From positions 92,132,001 through 92,196,000 of the forward strand of contig NC_045696.1 of NCBI RefSeq assembly GCF_009834535.1: 64,000 nt of DNA, read 5' to 3'. Of this stretch, positions 13,916-25,880 are shown in pieces; the stretch's first letter is position 1, and each line of letters begins with the position of its first letter. This stretch comes from Camelus ferus. Taxonomy: Eukaryota. Position numbers and translations under genes: made by a program. The notes beneath the pieces are model-generated. The model was not told the DNA's origin. It did no database searches and was given only the letters and a program-made list of their open reading frames with translations.

Positions 13916-15940
13916 TGTAGTACTGGAGAGGTTGGGGGTGAGTGTGTTTTTATTTTTTAAGGTGGCATGATTTTAAAATGTTTGCAAACATTTTTTATTA
14001 TCTCAGTTGGCTGAGTGCTGGGCCCCTGGAGTGGCCTCTGTCTTGTTTTAGAGCATTCAGCACTGAGAGATGTTTGTTTTCTAAAAGCACTGAGGTGGAG
14101 GATAGGGCTTCTTGAGTTGTAATAAGCCCGCAGTGTGGTTGTTAATGCCTCTGTTAGGTGAGTATAGAATTTTAGACCTGGGAGAGAAATTAACTAGTTA
14201 TCTGATTCAGTCTCTTCAGGAAGATTGTCATGTAGACAGATGATTGACTATTTGTCCTAGAGATGCTTAGAACCAACTCTTTAAAAAATAGCTTATTCCT
14301 GGGCCCTGACATTGGGAGAGGTATGTGGGTGTATTTTTTTCCCCACCTCTATTTGGCCAAGAAAGGTTTTTGCTGTAAATCATGTCCATTTCTTACCAAT
14401 TGGCCAGCTTATGTAAAGTTCAAGAAATACTTAATGAGTGCCTGGGGTCTGCTAGAGGGGTTCAGAGTTGAGAGTCTCTGCCCTGCAGAACAGGGAAAAA
14501 GCTCTGAAGTCAACTGAAGATGGACATTACAGTGTCTTAAAGTATCTCTTGAAAAACAGCTGTCTGCCCCCTTAGCTGCCTTTTTCTTTAAATTTCAGAA
14601 CTTCTTTTCTTTCATTTATTTTTTTAGACAAACTGTATTTTCCTCCTTCCAGTTATCAATTTGTGGAAAAGTACATTAGTTGAAGCTGACTAAAGGTATT
14701 CTTTGTAACAATGTCAGTTCTAACTTGACTCTAAAGTGAGAGGTACAGATGGAGACATAGGTAAAACCAGCCCAAATTCGTGCTTAATTTGTATCCCAGA
14801 AGCTCACGTGGTTGAAGAAAGGTTGAAAACTTTTTCATTAAATGATCTTGGGCTTTTCAAGAATCCATTCTGATTTTTCCAGTTTTCCTCAGTTCACTGC
14901 CCGGAACTAAACATAGCTTAGTAATGAGGGATTGCTTAATTGAACATAGATTGAACAGATTCCTATCTCAGTGTTCCACATCCTATAGCTTTTAATACAT
15001 CTCAGTGTTATATTGAATATTTTCGTATTGGGACTTTGTAGGTAGTTGTTATGTTTTGCTTGTGATCAGTTATTACTTTCATATTTATGACTAATCAGTT
15101 TCTCCTGTATTATGAAGAATAAATCATGTTGAATTTAAGTGTCTCATCTTTGGGAAGCTTTTTGTATTTCATCATGTGTTAAATTTGCTCTTTGACTAGC
15201 GATCCCATCTGATAAAACTTACCTTATAGACTTTTTGAGGAGAGTATCATTTTTTTCTTTATCCAACTCATCAGATCTAAAGATTCTGATCTGATTTCTT
15301 GAATAACACTTCCAGTCTGTCTCTGGCTGATTCCATGTTATCTTTTGGTGCAACTCTCAAACTAGTGAGTCATTTAACTTAAAGTGGTGTGGTCAGTCCT
15401 TGGCCAAGTGGTATTATTATTATTATTTTCTTTTAGTGAAATTTCCCTTTGGAGTAGAGTTAAAAGCATTACTTTAAGATATTACAGCCATTAATTCTCC
15501 TTTGTTTTTTAAGCCTAGTTTTCTCTCCTGTTATTTGTTGGAATTGAAATCATGTGTCATTTGCTAATGCCTTATCAAATTTATTTATGGAACAGTTGGA
15601 TTGTGGGTTAAAACAAAGTAGAGCTATAGTGATTCATAATGAAATTGTGCTAATAGCATTTGACTTTTATTTCCATATTAAATACCTAAACTTTGGAAAG
15701 TTCTCCCTCTTAAGCAGAAATCCAGACACATCACTAATAAACCACATCTTGGAACTTTCTTGAACTCCCTCTCTTTTGGCCAGTAGAGTGTAATAAACTT
15801 GGAACTTTCTGTCCAGCTTATTTTCTTGAAATGTAAAGTACCATACAGTTGCCAATACAAAATACGAGTACAGAGTGTTTCTGAGAGCGTGTGATGTTCC
15901 GTCCTGGAGTGTGTGGAAACCTCTTTTCTTTTCCTTCCAG

Positions 15941-16039
15941 AGTAGCACAGAAGAGGGAGGATGCCGTTTCCAAAGAAGTGACTCGAAAACTTTCTGAAGC
16001 TGATAATAGAAAGATGTCTCGGAAGGAAAAAGATGAAAG
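15941..16039 (+). CDS. SSR3: TRAP gamma, coding exon 3
   Basis: Acceptor cttttccttccag|. Encodes (K)[32 protein letters not shown](R). 99 nt; weak donor AAG|GTTTGA. Confidence 0.97.
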
Positions 16040-17369
16040 GTTTGACTCCCTACCTAAAGTGTTCGTGGTAGTCAAAAGGGGGGTTATTTATGGAAAAGTA
16101 AGTTTTGGGTTTCTGCTTAGACAACGTGCGTTTAGAATTGTCTGAGGAAAACAGAAAAGTGTTGGTGTTGTAGCAGTCATGGTAATGGGAATAGTGACAG
16201 TTGGCTTCTTGAGTTCTTATCACTGCCGGATGCTTTTCTTTGTGCTGTACCCCGTACATTTCTTCCTCCGAAGAGCCTGATAAGGTAGGTGGTGGTGTTA
16301 TCTCCACTGCAGACTGAGGAACCTGAGGTACAGAAAGCTTGGGTCCCTTGTCCAGGGCCACAGGTCAGCGTGTGGGAAATCCAGGACAAGAACGGGTCGG
16401 CCTGACTTGAGAGCTTGTACTCAGCTGCTCTGCCAGGGTTTAGGAGCCTGCAGAGCTGTGTCCAGTGCTGGCTCCGCCGCTTGACAGCTGTGCGACCTTG
16501 AGGGGGATCCCTTGACCTGTCCGGGTCTGAAGAGTTTACATTGTGTTGTGTGTTCCCATTTTGAGGCGGGGGTGTTCCTGCTCCTGAGCCTCCCTCGGGA
16601 CATCTAGTTCTTGGGTACCTGCAGTGTTTGGGGAAGAGAATTAGGTTTGTTCCCTGTTGCCCAAATCTGGGTCACATTTCTTAGCCCCACCCCCCATTTT
16701 TCTTGCCAGCTGCTGCTAGAAGCCTAATGAGCAGTCTAACGTCTGAGTAGAAGTGTCTGAATGATTGAGTAAACTTGTGCTTAGGAGTTGCCAGATGGTT
16801 TAATAGAGTCATCAGTCGAGGCTGTTTTCATGGATCTTAGGTTTTAAGATCTACAAGGTGCTTTGTGAAATGGAATTTTTATCCCACTCTGCTCTAGAAA
16901 GACTTTGTGGGGTCTTGAAATATTAACTTGAATATGAAGCAAAGCAGTACAATTTTAAAAGATCAGAAACCATTTAAAAGTAAGACAAGGTGGATGAACA
17001 AGGACCTCAGAGTTAGTTACAGCAGTTGAGCACCAAACTCAGCTCTGAGCTTCCAAGCGTCAGGGGAAGCATCTGAGGTCAGCCAGCTTTCACTGTCGGA
17101 TAAGAAGCAGCACGCAAGTCCTTCTGAAAAGAAACTTTCCTGGCGCTGAATCTTGGATGCACTTTATCAAGTGGATCCTTATTTAAGGGACACTGAGTAA
17201 CTTAATGAACAGTGTCTTCTACAGTGGTTTTGGATAGGCACCAACACATTATTGAAACGATGATCTCCTGTGGATCTTTCATAAAACTGAAGGCACAAAT
17301 TAAATCATTACAGTGAAGGCCTTTTTTTAGGCAGTGGTTTTAAGGAGCTCTGGCTCTGCATAGCTTTTT

Positions 17370-17452
17370 TTTTCTTCTTCTTAATGGAGATTGAACCCAG
17401 GACCTTGTGCATGCTAAGTATTCATTCTACCACTGAGCTATTTCCCTCCCGC
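17370..17452 (-). mobile_element. tRNA-Ala-derived SINE (camelid type) with 16-bp TSD
   Basis: Antisense GGGAGGGAAATAGCTCAGTGGTAGAATGAATACTTAGCATGCACAAGGTCCTGGGTTCAAT with an A-rich tail. TSD ctctgcatagcttttt at 17354-17369 and 17453-17468. Confidence 0.9.
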
Positions 17453-19224
17453 CTCTGCATAGCTTTTTGATTGCAGATTTTTGTGGAGGGGTAGATGTTA
17501 GAGAATCTAGAATACTTTCTTTTAGCCTTTTTATTGGATTACAATGTTTATTGTAAATCAGTGGTTCTTAAATTGGAGTGCACATCGTAGTTCCCCATAA
17601 AATGCTTATAGCTGTCGCAGGTCTTACAGGTTTGGGGTGATTAATTATATCAGAGATGGCAAATGGGTCTCCCCTGCCCACTGCAGACTTGCCTGACTTG
17701 GTACGGCACTTGTTCCTGATCCTGGGATGTGTTTCAGAATCTTTCTCAGCATGGTATTCAGGTAGTCACTCCTAGTGGATCAGAGTTGGAATTGGGGATG
17801 AAACCTCTTTGCCATTGGCTGGACCAGATATTTCAAAGTAGGATGAAATGAAAGTTTGATTAATGCATTAAATGTAGAGTGTCAGCGGATTATAAAATTT
17901 CTGCTCTTGTCATCAGAAATTTATGCTGTTGTAATTCTCTCTCTAAGGCTGCACTGGATACAGTTGAACCCGGGTCTGTACTCATTACTGATGCTGATAA
18001 CGTGGACCAAGACTCCCTTTTAGATCTAGCGTTTTTCTCCCTCAAAGGATTAGTTACTTCAGTGAGATTTAAGGCTTATCAGCATCTTTTTGTCCAGATG
18101 GGTATCTCTCAAAGTTCTATGTACAATTGTTTGGAATATGGACTACATGCCACTTGGAAACTGCTTTTCCATCCATCCAAGGATGGAAATTAGTAGAGGA
18201 GAGTCAGAGAGTCATTAACATTTGTTCCAGGATATGAGTGTTGTTTCTCCTTGACTTACCGACGGTCCCTCATTTAGTATTATCTGATTGTAATAGTTGT
18301 TGAATTTCGTTCCAACTTTTCTATTGTAGCAAGTGCTCCTTGGAAAAATGACTCCTTGGGAAGTGCTCTCCCAAATTAGGTTTTCTGCTGGTGAAGCTTT
18401 GGCAGAACCATTGCTGATGAGAGCATTTGGGGGTCCTGAACTTTTTTTGAAATAAACCAAGATATGGCTAGACTAGAAAAAGTTCTGAGAGCTGTCCGAC
18501 AGTCCTGACTGTGTGTACCCTGATGTCACACATGGTCTTTGGGAGCTGGGATAACCTAAAGGATCAAGCCACTTCTTTCATCAGAAATGTCTTGAAGATG
18601 GTTCTGATTCAGGGCATGACAGGGAGTTAGGGAGAAGCGCTGTGATGGAGGTGAGATAATTTAATCATCACTGGTAGAGGCATGCTGGTCTAATTAAGGA
18701 AGCTGTCTTCCCTGGGCCGTGAGCCAGAGTCTTAAAAACAGAGGCAGTTGTTCTGAGTGTTTTGTAGTATTAAACCGTGTTGGGACTGTGGATCTTTCTG
18801 GGTTGGTGTTTCTTTGATTGGTGTTAGAATGGTATAATGTATTAGTTCCAAGCAATATATATTTTTAAAATTTACATTTAAAATTCTCTGAAATCAGAAA
18901 CTGTTTTATAGTTGATGGCCACATTTAATGTAATGACCTTCGCTTCTCCCAAACTTCACAGTGAATCAAAGATTTATTAAGTTGATATCCATAGAATCAA
19001 GGAGATATGGCATGTATGTTAGAGACCACAGATTTCTTCTGATGAAGATAAGGTGCTAATACCTTTCATTTAGCTCCTCTATAGCCACACTTGTTGACTT
19101 TGGATTAGAACGTCTGGAGAATAAAACATGGCAGTTATCAATAACATTAGCCATAGTGCTGTCCTTAGGATTAGTTGGGAGTACCATCTGGCCCCAGAGT
19201 ATTTTTTATGGGTGGGGGAGCATC

Positions 19225-19500
19225 TGTGGCAATGACTTTCAACCTTTTTGATTACAACCCACTGTAAAAATATACATGTATATATTTTACTGTTTGATCA
19301 AATACTCTTTTACATACGCATGTAAATGTTTTACAGACCAATAATTATTATCCTGCTGTGTGTGATGCACTTGATACTTTTCTGTTCTTTCCTATTTCAT
19401 TTTTTAAAAAGCACTGGTCTCAACCCACTCACTTATTTTTCTTGTGCATTGGAGGCACTCATTTGATTTCATATCCGACTATTACTGTTTTAAAAACTGC
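19225..19500. mobile_element. hAT-Charlie-like non-autonomous DNA transposon remnant
   Basis: Degenerate ends (caatgactttcaaccttttt...gttttaaaaactg) and internal tgtgatgcacttgatacttttct...caacccact. Family not resolved. Confidence 0.45.
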
Positions 19501-20203
19501 TTTAAAAAGTTAATTAACTGAGGAGAATAAAGACTCCCTTATTCACAGGCACTCTGAAACTTCCTGTGGCCTGCATAAAGAGGGAAAAAGAAAAGGTTGA
19601 TACAGGACTAGTAAATTAATACAATATCATAACGAGTAAAGCAGATTAAATAAAAAGTAAACGGTTTTCACGGAAGTTAAAAAACCCTCCTAACGATCAA
19701 GCAGATTCTTTGCTTGAATTAAGTAAAGATGGATAAAGTTAGTTGCAGACAAGTCTGCCTCTGTGATGCCACAGCTAGCTTTGTCCTTGGGCTTGTCTTA
19801 AGGCGTAATATTGAAGACCGAAATCTGTAGACTCGATAGTCTCAGCCACGGCAGCGCTGTCAGGCTGCCCGTCATCAGATTTGTTTTTGGTGTGCACCTC
19901 GAGAAGAATGCCTGTCTTGGCTGCTGATGAAACCAAGCTAATTGCAATTACTCAGTCCCTTTCTCCAAAGCTCTCACTGCCTGACAAAAAGGCAACACAC
20001 CCAGCAGTTGTTTTCTTCAGCCTCAATAAAGTGAAATATCTTTTTTAATAGAAAAAAGAGGACAGTGCTGACTGAATTTAATATTAAAAACACATTCTGA
20101 CCAGAACACTTAAGGAAAAACTAATAATGAGCTATAGCCATGTGTAACTTAGAAATTTTAGTACATATTTAAAAACTGAATTGACTCATTTCTATGTCTA
20201 CAG

Positions 20204-20335
20204 AATCTTGTGGAAGAAGAATGAAGTTGCTGACTATGAAGCTACAACATTTTCCATCTTCTATAACAATACTCTGTTCCTGGTCTTGGTCATTGTTGCT
20301 TCTTTCTTTATATTGAAGAACTTCAACCCCACAGT
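20204..20335 (+). CDS. SSR3: TRAP gamma, coding exon 4
   Basis: Acceptor tctacag|. Encodes (R)[43 protein letters not shown](V). 132 nt; followed by the U12-type donor GTATCCTTTT. Confidence 0.98.
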
Positions 20336-21415
20336 GTATCCTTTTGAGTGGATTAGCTTTTCTAGAAGTCTAGAAACAGTACTTCGTTTTGGTTTTGATT
20401 TGTCTGAGTATTTTAACGGTAAGAAAAACTGCACAGGGAGTCGGTCCCTTAAAAAGCACAGTGACCTTAGGCAAGTTTCTGGACATTTAAAATAAGGGCT
20501 TTTGGTTTGATTTGAAGTTCTTTTAAGTTTATACATTATGACTTCATGGTAAATAACGAGTAGTACAAAGCAGTCTTACACATATGATTGTGTATACCTG
20601 CCTAGTTAAAAAAAGTTCTAAGGAGCCAAAGCAAACTTGCCTTCTTTGATGGCTCCTGGCATAAGTCCTGTGTCTGCTGGTATTTGGGGGCTTTAGGGTT
20701 GGTTGGAAAGCCAGTGTAGTTAAATTGGCACATCTCATAATAGCTTAACAGTGTTTCAACTACTCTTAAATTGAGCTTTTGGGCAAGAATGTATCTTCTC
20801 TTGTTAAGGTAATTTATTAAAGGTGTTATCCAAGAATGTGCAGCCAAACTTTTAACAGTTGGAGATTTTGATGTAATAACGTGTCAGACACCCTCTAATA
20901 TGTATCTTCTGGGAATACTGGGGTGGTTTGCCCCAAACAGTCCAGTCCTGAGGCTGAGAGTGGCTGCAGACTTGCAGAACCTCCTTGCTGTTACAGGCCA
21001 GCTGTAGCCCAAACACTGATGGACAGGGGAGACTTATTTTCCCTTCGCTCCTGAGGTGGGGGTGGGCTGGGGGTGGGGGTTGGGAAATCAGGTCTCCTCT
21101 TCCTCCCCTCGTTCTTTGATCAGCTCTTTTCCTGAAGGTTAGAATGCAATTCAGATGTTTGCTTTGTGGTCATGTGTTCTAGGTTTCTGTTTCAAGTGTT
21201 TTCTTTTTAAAATTGGAACACATGTCCTGTGAATGTTCTTCATTCTTTATAGTCTTCTCTCTTGTAAATTGTATTTGCAGACAATGGGACTCCACATTGT
21301 TGTCATACAGGGTGTCAGGAGGGAAACAGTACGTTTCAAAGAGATGGATTCTTTTTGTTTTGTTGGAAATCCAATTTGGAGTTCTTGATTTTTCCTTAAC
21401 ATTGAATTCTTACAG
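20336..21415 (+). other. SSR3: U12-type (minor spliceosome) GT-AG intron, SSR3 intron 4
   Basis: 5' splice site GTATCCTTTT (20336-20345), branch point TTCCTTAAC (21392-21400), 3' splice site TACAG ending 21415, no long polypyrimidine tract after the branch point. Confidence 0.95.
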
Positions 21416-21482
21416 AAACTACATTTTGTCCATAAGTGCTTCCTCAGGCCTCATCGCCCTCCTGTCTACTGGCTCCAAGTAG
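21416..21482 (+). CDS. SSR3: TRAP gamma, coding exon 5 (to stop)
   Basis: Encodes (V)NYILSISASSGLIALLSTGSK*, TAG at 21480-21482. Exon sum 133+127+99+132+67 = 558 nt = 185 aa + stop. Confidence 0.98.
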
Positions 21483-21684
21483 ACCGTGTCTGCTTCACAA
21501 CCCCCCCGCCCTGGCTTTGTATCTATGGGTGGCCTGTGGTGTACGGAAAAGTAACAGGGTGGTCAGGGTGGGAGACACACAGGATGTTTTTATAAGTCTG
21601 GAGTTTGAGGGTTTGAAAAACCTAACAAAATGTAATTCAGTATTTGTTTATTGGCTATTTTTTTTTTTTTGACAGATTGTTGAA

Positions 21685-21690
21685 ATTAAA
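21685..21690 (+). terminator. SSR3: Candidate proximal SSR3 poly(A) signal ATTAAA
   Basis: ATTAAA about 200 nt after the stop. Use not verifiable from sequence. Confidence 0.35.
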
Positions 21691-23253
21691 TGAATTGAAA
21701 GGGAAATTCAGAGTACCAGGACGTTTACTAAAGGCAAAAAGTGTTGCAATGTGTTATAATCACAAGAGGAGAAAATAACTTGTTTCCTTGATTTGTCAGA
21801 GGTCACAGTAACCTGGACTGAGCTGTTATTATTTATAATAGTAGCAAGAAGTTAATAACTGGTTCTGTGTGTTCCAAGCACAATATTACAAGTTTTTTTG
21901 AACCATAAATGCCAGGATGAATCCTCTCCGTCTGAGGGATTAAACAAAAGCTTCATGTTTGCAAGTCTCGGAACTTGTGATTTGAAAAAGCTCAAAAACA
22001 TGGTTTCTCCATCTTGGGGAAGAGAAACTTAGGGAAAAGTTGTTCTTTTTTTTAAATGAAGAAAGGCAGCCAAAGTAATGACCTAAAAATAGTGCTCAGG
22101 CATGTGAGAGTTGTCCTTTGGTGTTAAAGCACACACTGTTCAGCTCTGTAGCTTTGGCCCTGGGAGTGTCTGGGGAGGTTAGCCTGACCCTATCATGTTG
22201 GTTTGACCTGTTAAGAGAATGGAATCATTGTTTTCCTTGACCAGGGTCTCACATCATTGGAGGAATGTTCAATGAGAACCTCTTTCCTGAATATTGATGT
22301 GTAAAAGACCAAAGTTATTTTTGTGATCTTAGTTCTGGAACTCTTAGGAACTCTCCAAGGAATTACAGTGGTTTTAGCACTGGTCAGCATTTTTCCGAGG
22401 ACTTTCATAAATTTGACTGAAGTCCCTAGACTCCCATCAATAGTGAACAAAATACTGACCTCTTCAGTCTTTGTGGGTCCAGCCAAGAGCAGGCCCTTGG
22501 CATTGTCTAACCAGTGTGTTTACAGATAATTATTTTTTCTGTATGCCATGATTTGAACAAGTTTGGGAAGCTCCTCTTGAACCTGTATCACTTAGGAGGT
22601 TATAGACCCACAGCTGATACTCCTTTTAGCTTTTGACCACATCTAGTAATTTTCCACAAGCAGTACCTCAAAGGAAATACATTCCTAATTACTAATCGTA
22701 ACTTGAATTTTTTTGGCTTCCACATCTAAATTTAAGATGAATGTCGCAAGTAATATTTGTCGTTTATAACTTTATAGAAAGGTATTCATCAGGAGTTCAT
22801 CTTCCACTTCCATGTTGTTGGATGTTTTGAGAGGTCACATCAAGAACCTGGAAGGAGGACAGGCCAGAAGTACATTTGCACAGTGACCCAGATCATCATT
22901 GTCTTCAGCTGAGGATTAGAGCTCATCATTGCTTCTAGAAGTTTGCAATTCTTTACTTTTCTCTGGTACATTATTATCTGTGTGCCAGCACTTGGTAATC
23001 GAGTGAATGCGAAAGTCAGAAGAGATACACTGCAACATAGTGTAGCACATAAATTTATTTTTATTATGTTTTAACTTTTTTCTCCATTGATTAGTAGCTG
23101 GTCAGTGGTTTGATGGCATGGAGTTTGTGTACCAGATGCATTTGCGTATTTGACAAATGACTATTTGACAAACCATCAGTGTCTTCTGTTTCTTACTAGA
23201 GCTGGGCCAAGTAATTTTTTACCTGTAATCTTTAAATTGCAGGTAAAAAATTG

Positions 23254-23267
23254 CCACTAGATGGCGG
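23254..23267 (+). promoter_or_regulatory. CTCF core motif
   Basis: CCACTAGATGGCGG matches CCASYAGRKGGCRS at 14/14, with TGCAG at 23238-23242 upstream. Confidence 0.65.
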
Positions 23268-23743
23268 TGCCTGTACAGATGGGGGTAAAAAAATGCCACC
23301 ATACTTATTATGATCCAGTATACCTGAGGTGGGCTGGTGAAGTAGGGGCATCAGCTTCCTATTTTTAATAGAGTGTCTCTTGAAATAGAAAGTTGAATAA
23401 TTTTGTAGAAAAGTAAGGAAGCAAAGTTTGGTTTGGGTCCTGAATTTTTCTTACAGGTTCTTTGGTTTTTAATCCTGATAATGGTTTCTCATTTTCTACA
23501 CTGTTAGATGAATTTCTGTGCGAAAGTTTGAGACATATACTTATAGTTCTGCAGTTTTAATTAAGGATTTACTGAACCAGCGCTTTGCTCTTTGGAATTG
23601 CAGACCCCTTCCCCCAGCATGTTCCCCATCATGTAGAAAGGCTGTGTGGCACACAGAATTATGATGTGCTGGATCTGGTTTAGTTAGTAAAAGCTTCCTG
23701 GAGAGTTTTTATCTTAAAAATACCCTGTAGCCAACAACAGTAA

Positions 23744-23868
23744 AATAAAAGGGGTTCTGCTATAATTGGGATTCAGAGTGATTGAATTCTTGTTTTTACA
23801 CCCCTTGATAAGCGTTGGAACATTTTACATTTCCCTATTTCTAGTTTCCTTGTTTATAACTTAATAAA
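23744..23868 (+). terminator. SSR3: Candidate distal SSR3 poly(A) signals (two AATAAA)
   Basis: AATAAA at 23744-23749 and 23863-23868; the second is followed by ttttgggttg. The true 3' end is not determinable. Confidence 0.5.
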
Positions 23869-24640
23869 AATTTTGGGTTGAAATTATTCTTCGATTGAAA
23901 AGTTTACTGGTTGACCTATCTGGTGTATTATTCTAACTTGGATAGAATAATTTGAAACAAGGTTTGAAGTTAACTAAAATGCAGAGGTTGGATTTATACC
24001 CAGAATTCTTATGAAAGGTCTTGCTTGTTAAGTATCATTAAGCTTTGCTTTGTAGAACTTCTATTTTCCCTAGACTTCTTTATAAGAACCATGTGATTAA
24101 GTACGTCATCTTTAGTACATAATTTCACGTTAACCATCATTTGTTTCCCACACATGTAAATGCACATTTTTGTAGTTACTGATCAGATGTTTGTGTGGCA
24201 ACGACAGGCTGATGCAGCTGTGTTACAGAGCAGAACGCTAGGCCTCTGCCAGTGTGCCTGCTATGCTGTCCTGCCCACCCAGTGTGTGTTTTCAGTGTGC
24301 CTGCCAGCCACTGCCTTTTCTGGAGACACAAAGGAAAGCTGTACGTAGACGTGTGCATACAGAGAGAACCAGCCTACAGGTAGGTCTGTTCAGGCCGTAA
24401 GGGGGTTATCTCCCACCTCCTTGGACTCCTAGTCGTTGAAGACTAGAGGGTCTTCTGAGTGATTTTGACTTTCATGGAGGTGGTTAGAGATGAACTTCTC
24501 ATTTGCCTTTTGTTGCATTTCTCTGACCTTTCCTCCTGAATTTGGATTCATATCCAAGCTTTTTTAACTTAAAAAAATCACAAACACTTAAACTTTTTCA
24601 TAAAACTTTAAAGCTAAAGAAGAAACCATCCCTCAAAGAG

Positions 24641-24757
24641 CACTGGACTGGAACACCAAGGACTTGGGTTCTAGGCCTGGTTCTGCCATCAATTGTCAGT
24701 GTGAGTTTGGGCGAGTCCTTTCATCTCAAGTTTGGTTTCGTCATTTGCAATAAGGGG
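24641..24757 (+). mobile_element. MIR fragment
   Basis: ggacttgggttctaggcctggttctgcca...gtgagtttgggcgagtc...gtttcgtcatttgcaa. Confidence 0.55.
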
Positions 24758-25751
24758 TGGCATCAAAGGTGGCTTAAGGCCCCCGGAAGCCCTGACATCT
24801 ATCTAGTGACCCTTGGCGCACACTATGGATGAAGATGAAGTGACAGTTCTTAAAGTGGGAAGCCAGGCCCAGAGCTTCTAGTTTTCATTTCCCTTGGCTG
24901 AGGCATCAGTATGTGGCTGGCTGCCACCCAGGTTACCCTTTGGAATGGTATGTTCTCTGCCAAAGAATTCTTTCCGGAAAAGGAGAGAAATTGAGAGTAC
25001 ATGGAAATTTTTCTTGAGGATATAACTGAAATGTATTAGTCTAGTATATTTACCATGACAGATGATGTATATATAAAACCAGCTATTCCCATGGCCAAGC
25101 AGTAATGTTTGTATTTGATTTTAATTTGTAGATTCTTTTAAATGAACTTGAGAAGCTTTAACTTTAGTACAGAATATTTGTAAAACCCAAAAAGAAATGT
25201 CTTTAGTAGCTAGTCATTTTGTCCACTAATAAGAGAAAAAAAGTTTGGGTTGCAGTTTAAATCTTTTGGTAAAGCTATTTCTGTAAGGTATCATTCAGTG
25301 TAGCTTACCTGCTACTATAATTATTTATTTTAATTGAAGTATTGTCAGTTATGATGTCTCAATTTCTGGTGTACAGGACAATGTCCCAGTCATGCATATA
25401 CATACATTAGTTTGTTTTCATACTCTTTTTCATTAAGTTATTACAAGATAATGAATATATTGCCCTGTGCTAAACAAAAGAAATCTGGTTTTCTTAATCT
25501 GTTTTTATATATAGTGGCAAACATCTGCAAATTTCAAACTCCCAAATTTATCCTTTCCCACCCACTTTCTCCCTGGTAACCATAAGATTGTTTACTATGT
25601 CAGCACATCTGTTTCTGTTTTGTAGATGAGTTCATTAAGTGCCTTTTTTTGTTTGTTTGTTTTTCTTTTAGATTCCACATATGAGTGATATATGTTATTT
25701 TTCTTTCTGTTTCTGGCTTCACTTAGAATGATGATCTTCAGGTCCACCCAT

Positions 25752-25880
25752 NNNNNNNNNNNNNNNNNNNNNNNNNNNNNNNNNNNNNNNNNNNNNNNNN
25801 NNNNNNNNNNNNNNNNNNNNNNNNNNNNNNNNNNNNNNNNNNNNNNNNNNNNNNNNNNNNNNNNNNNNNNNNNNNNNNNN
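25752..25880. other. Assembly gap (129 N)
   Basis: Run of n. Confidence 1.
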
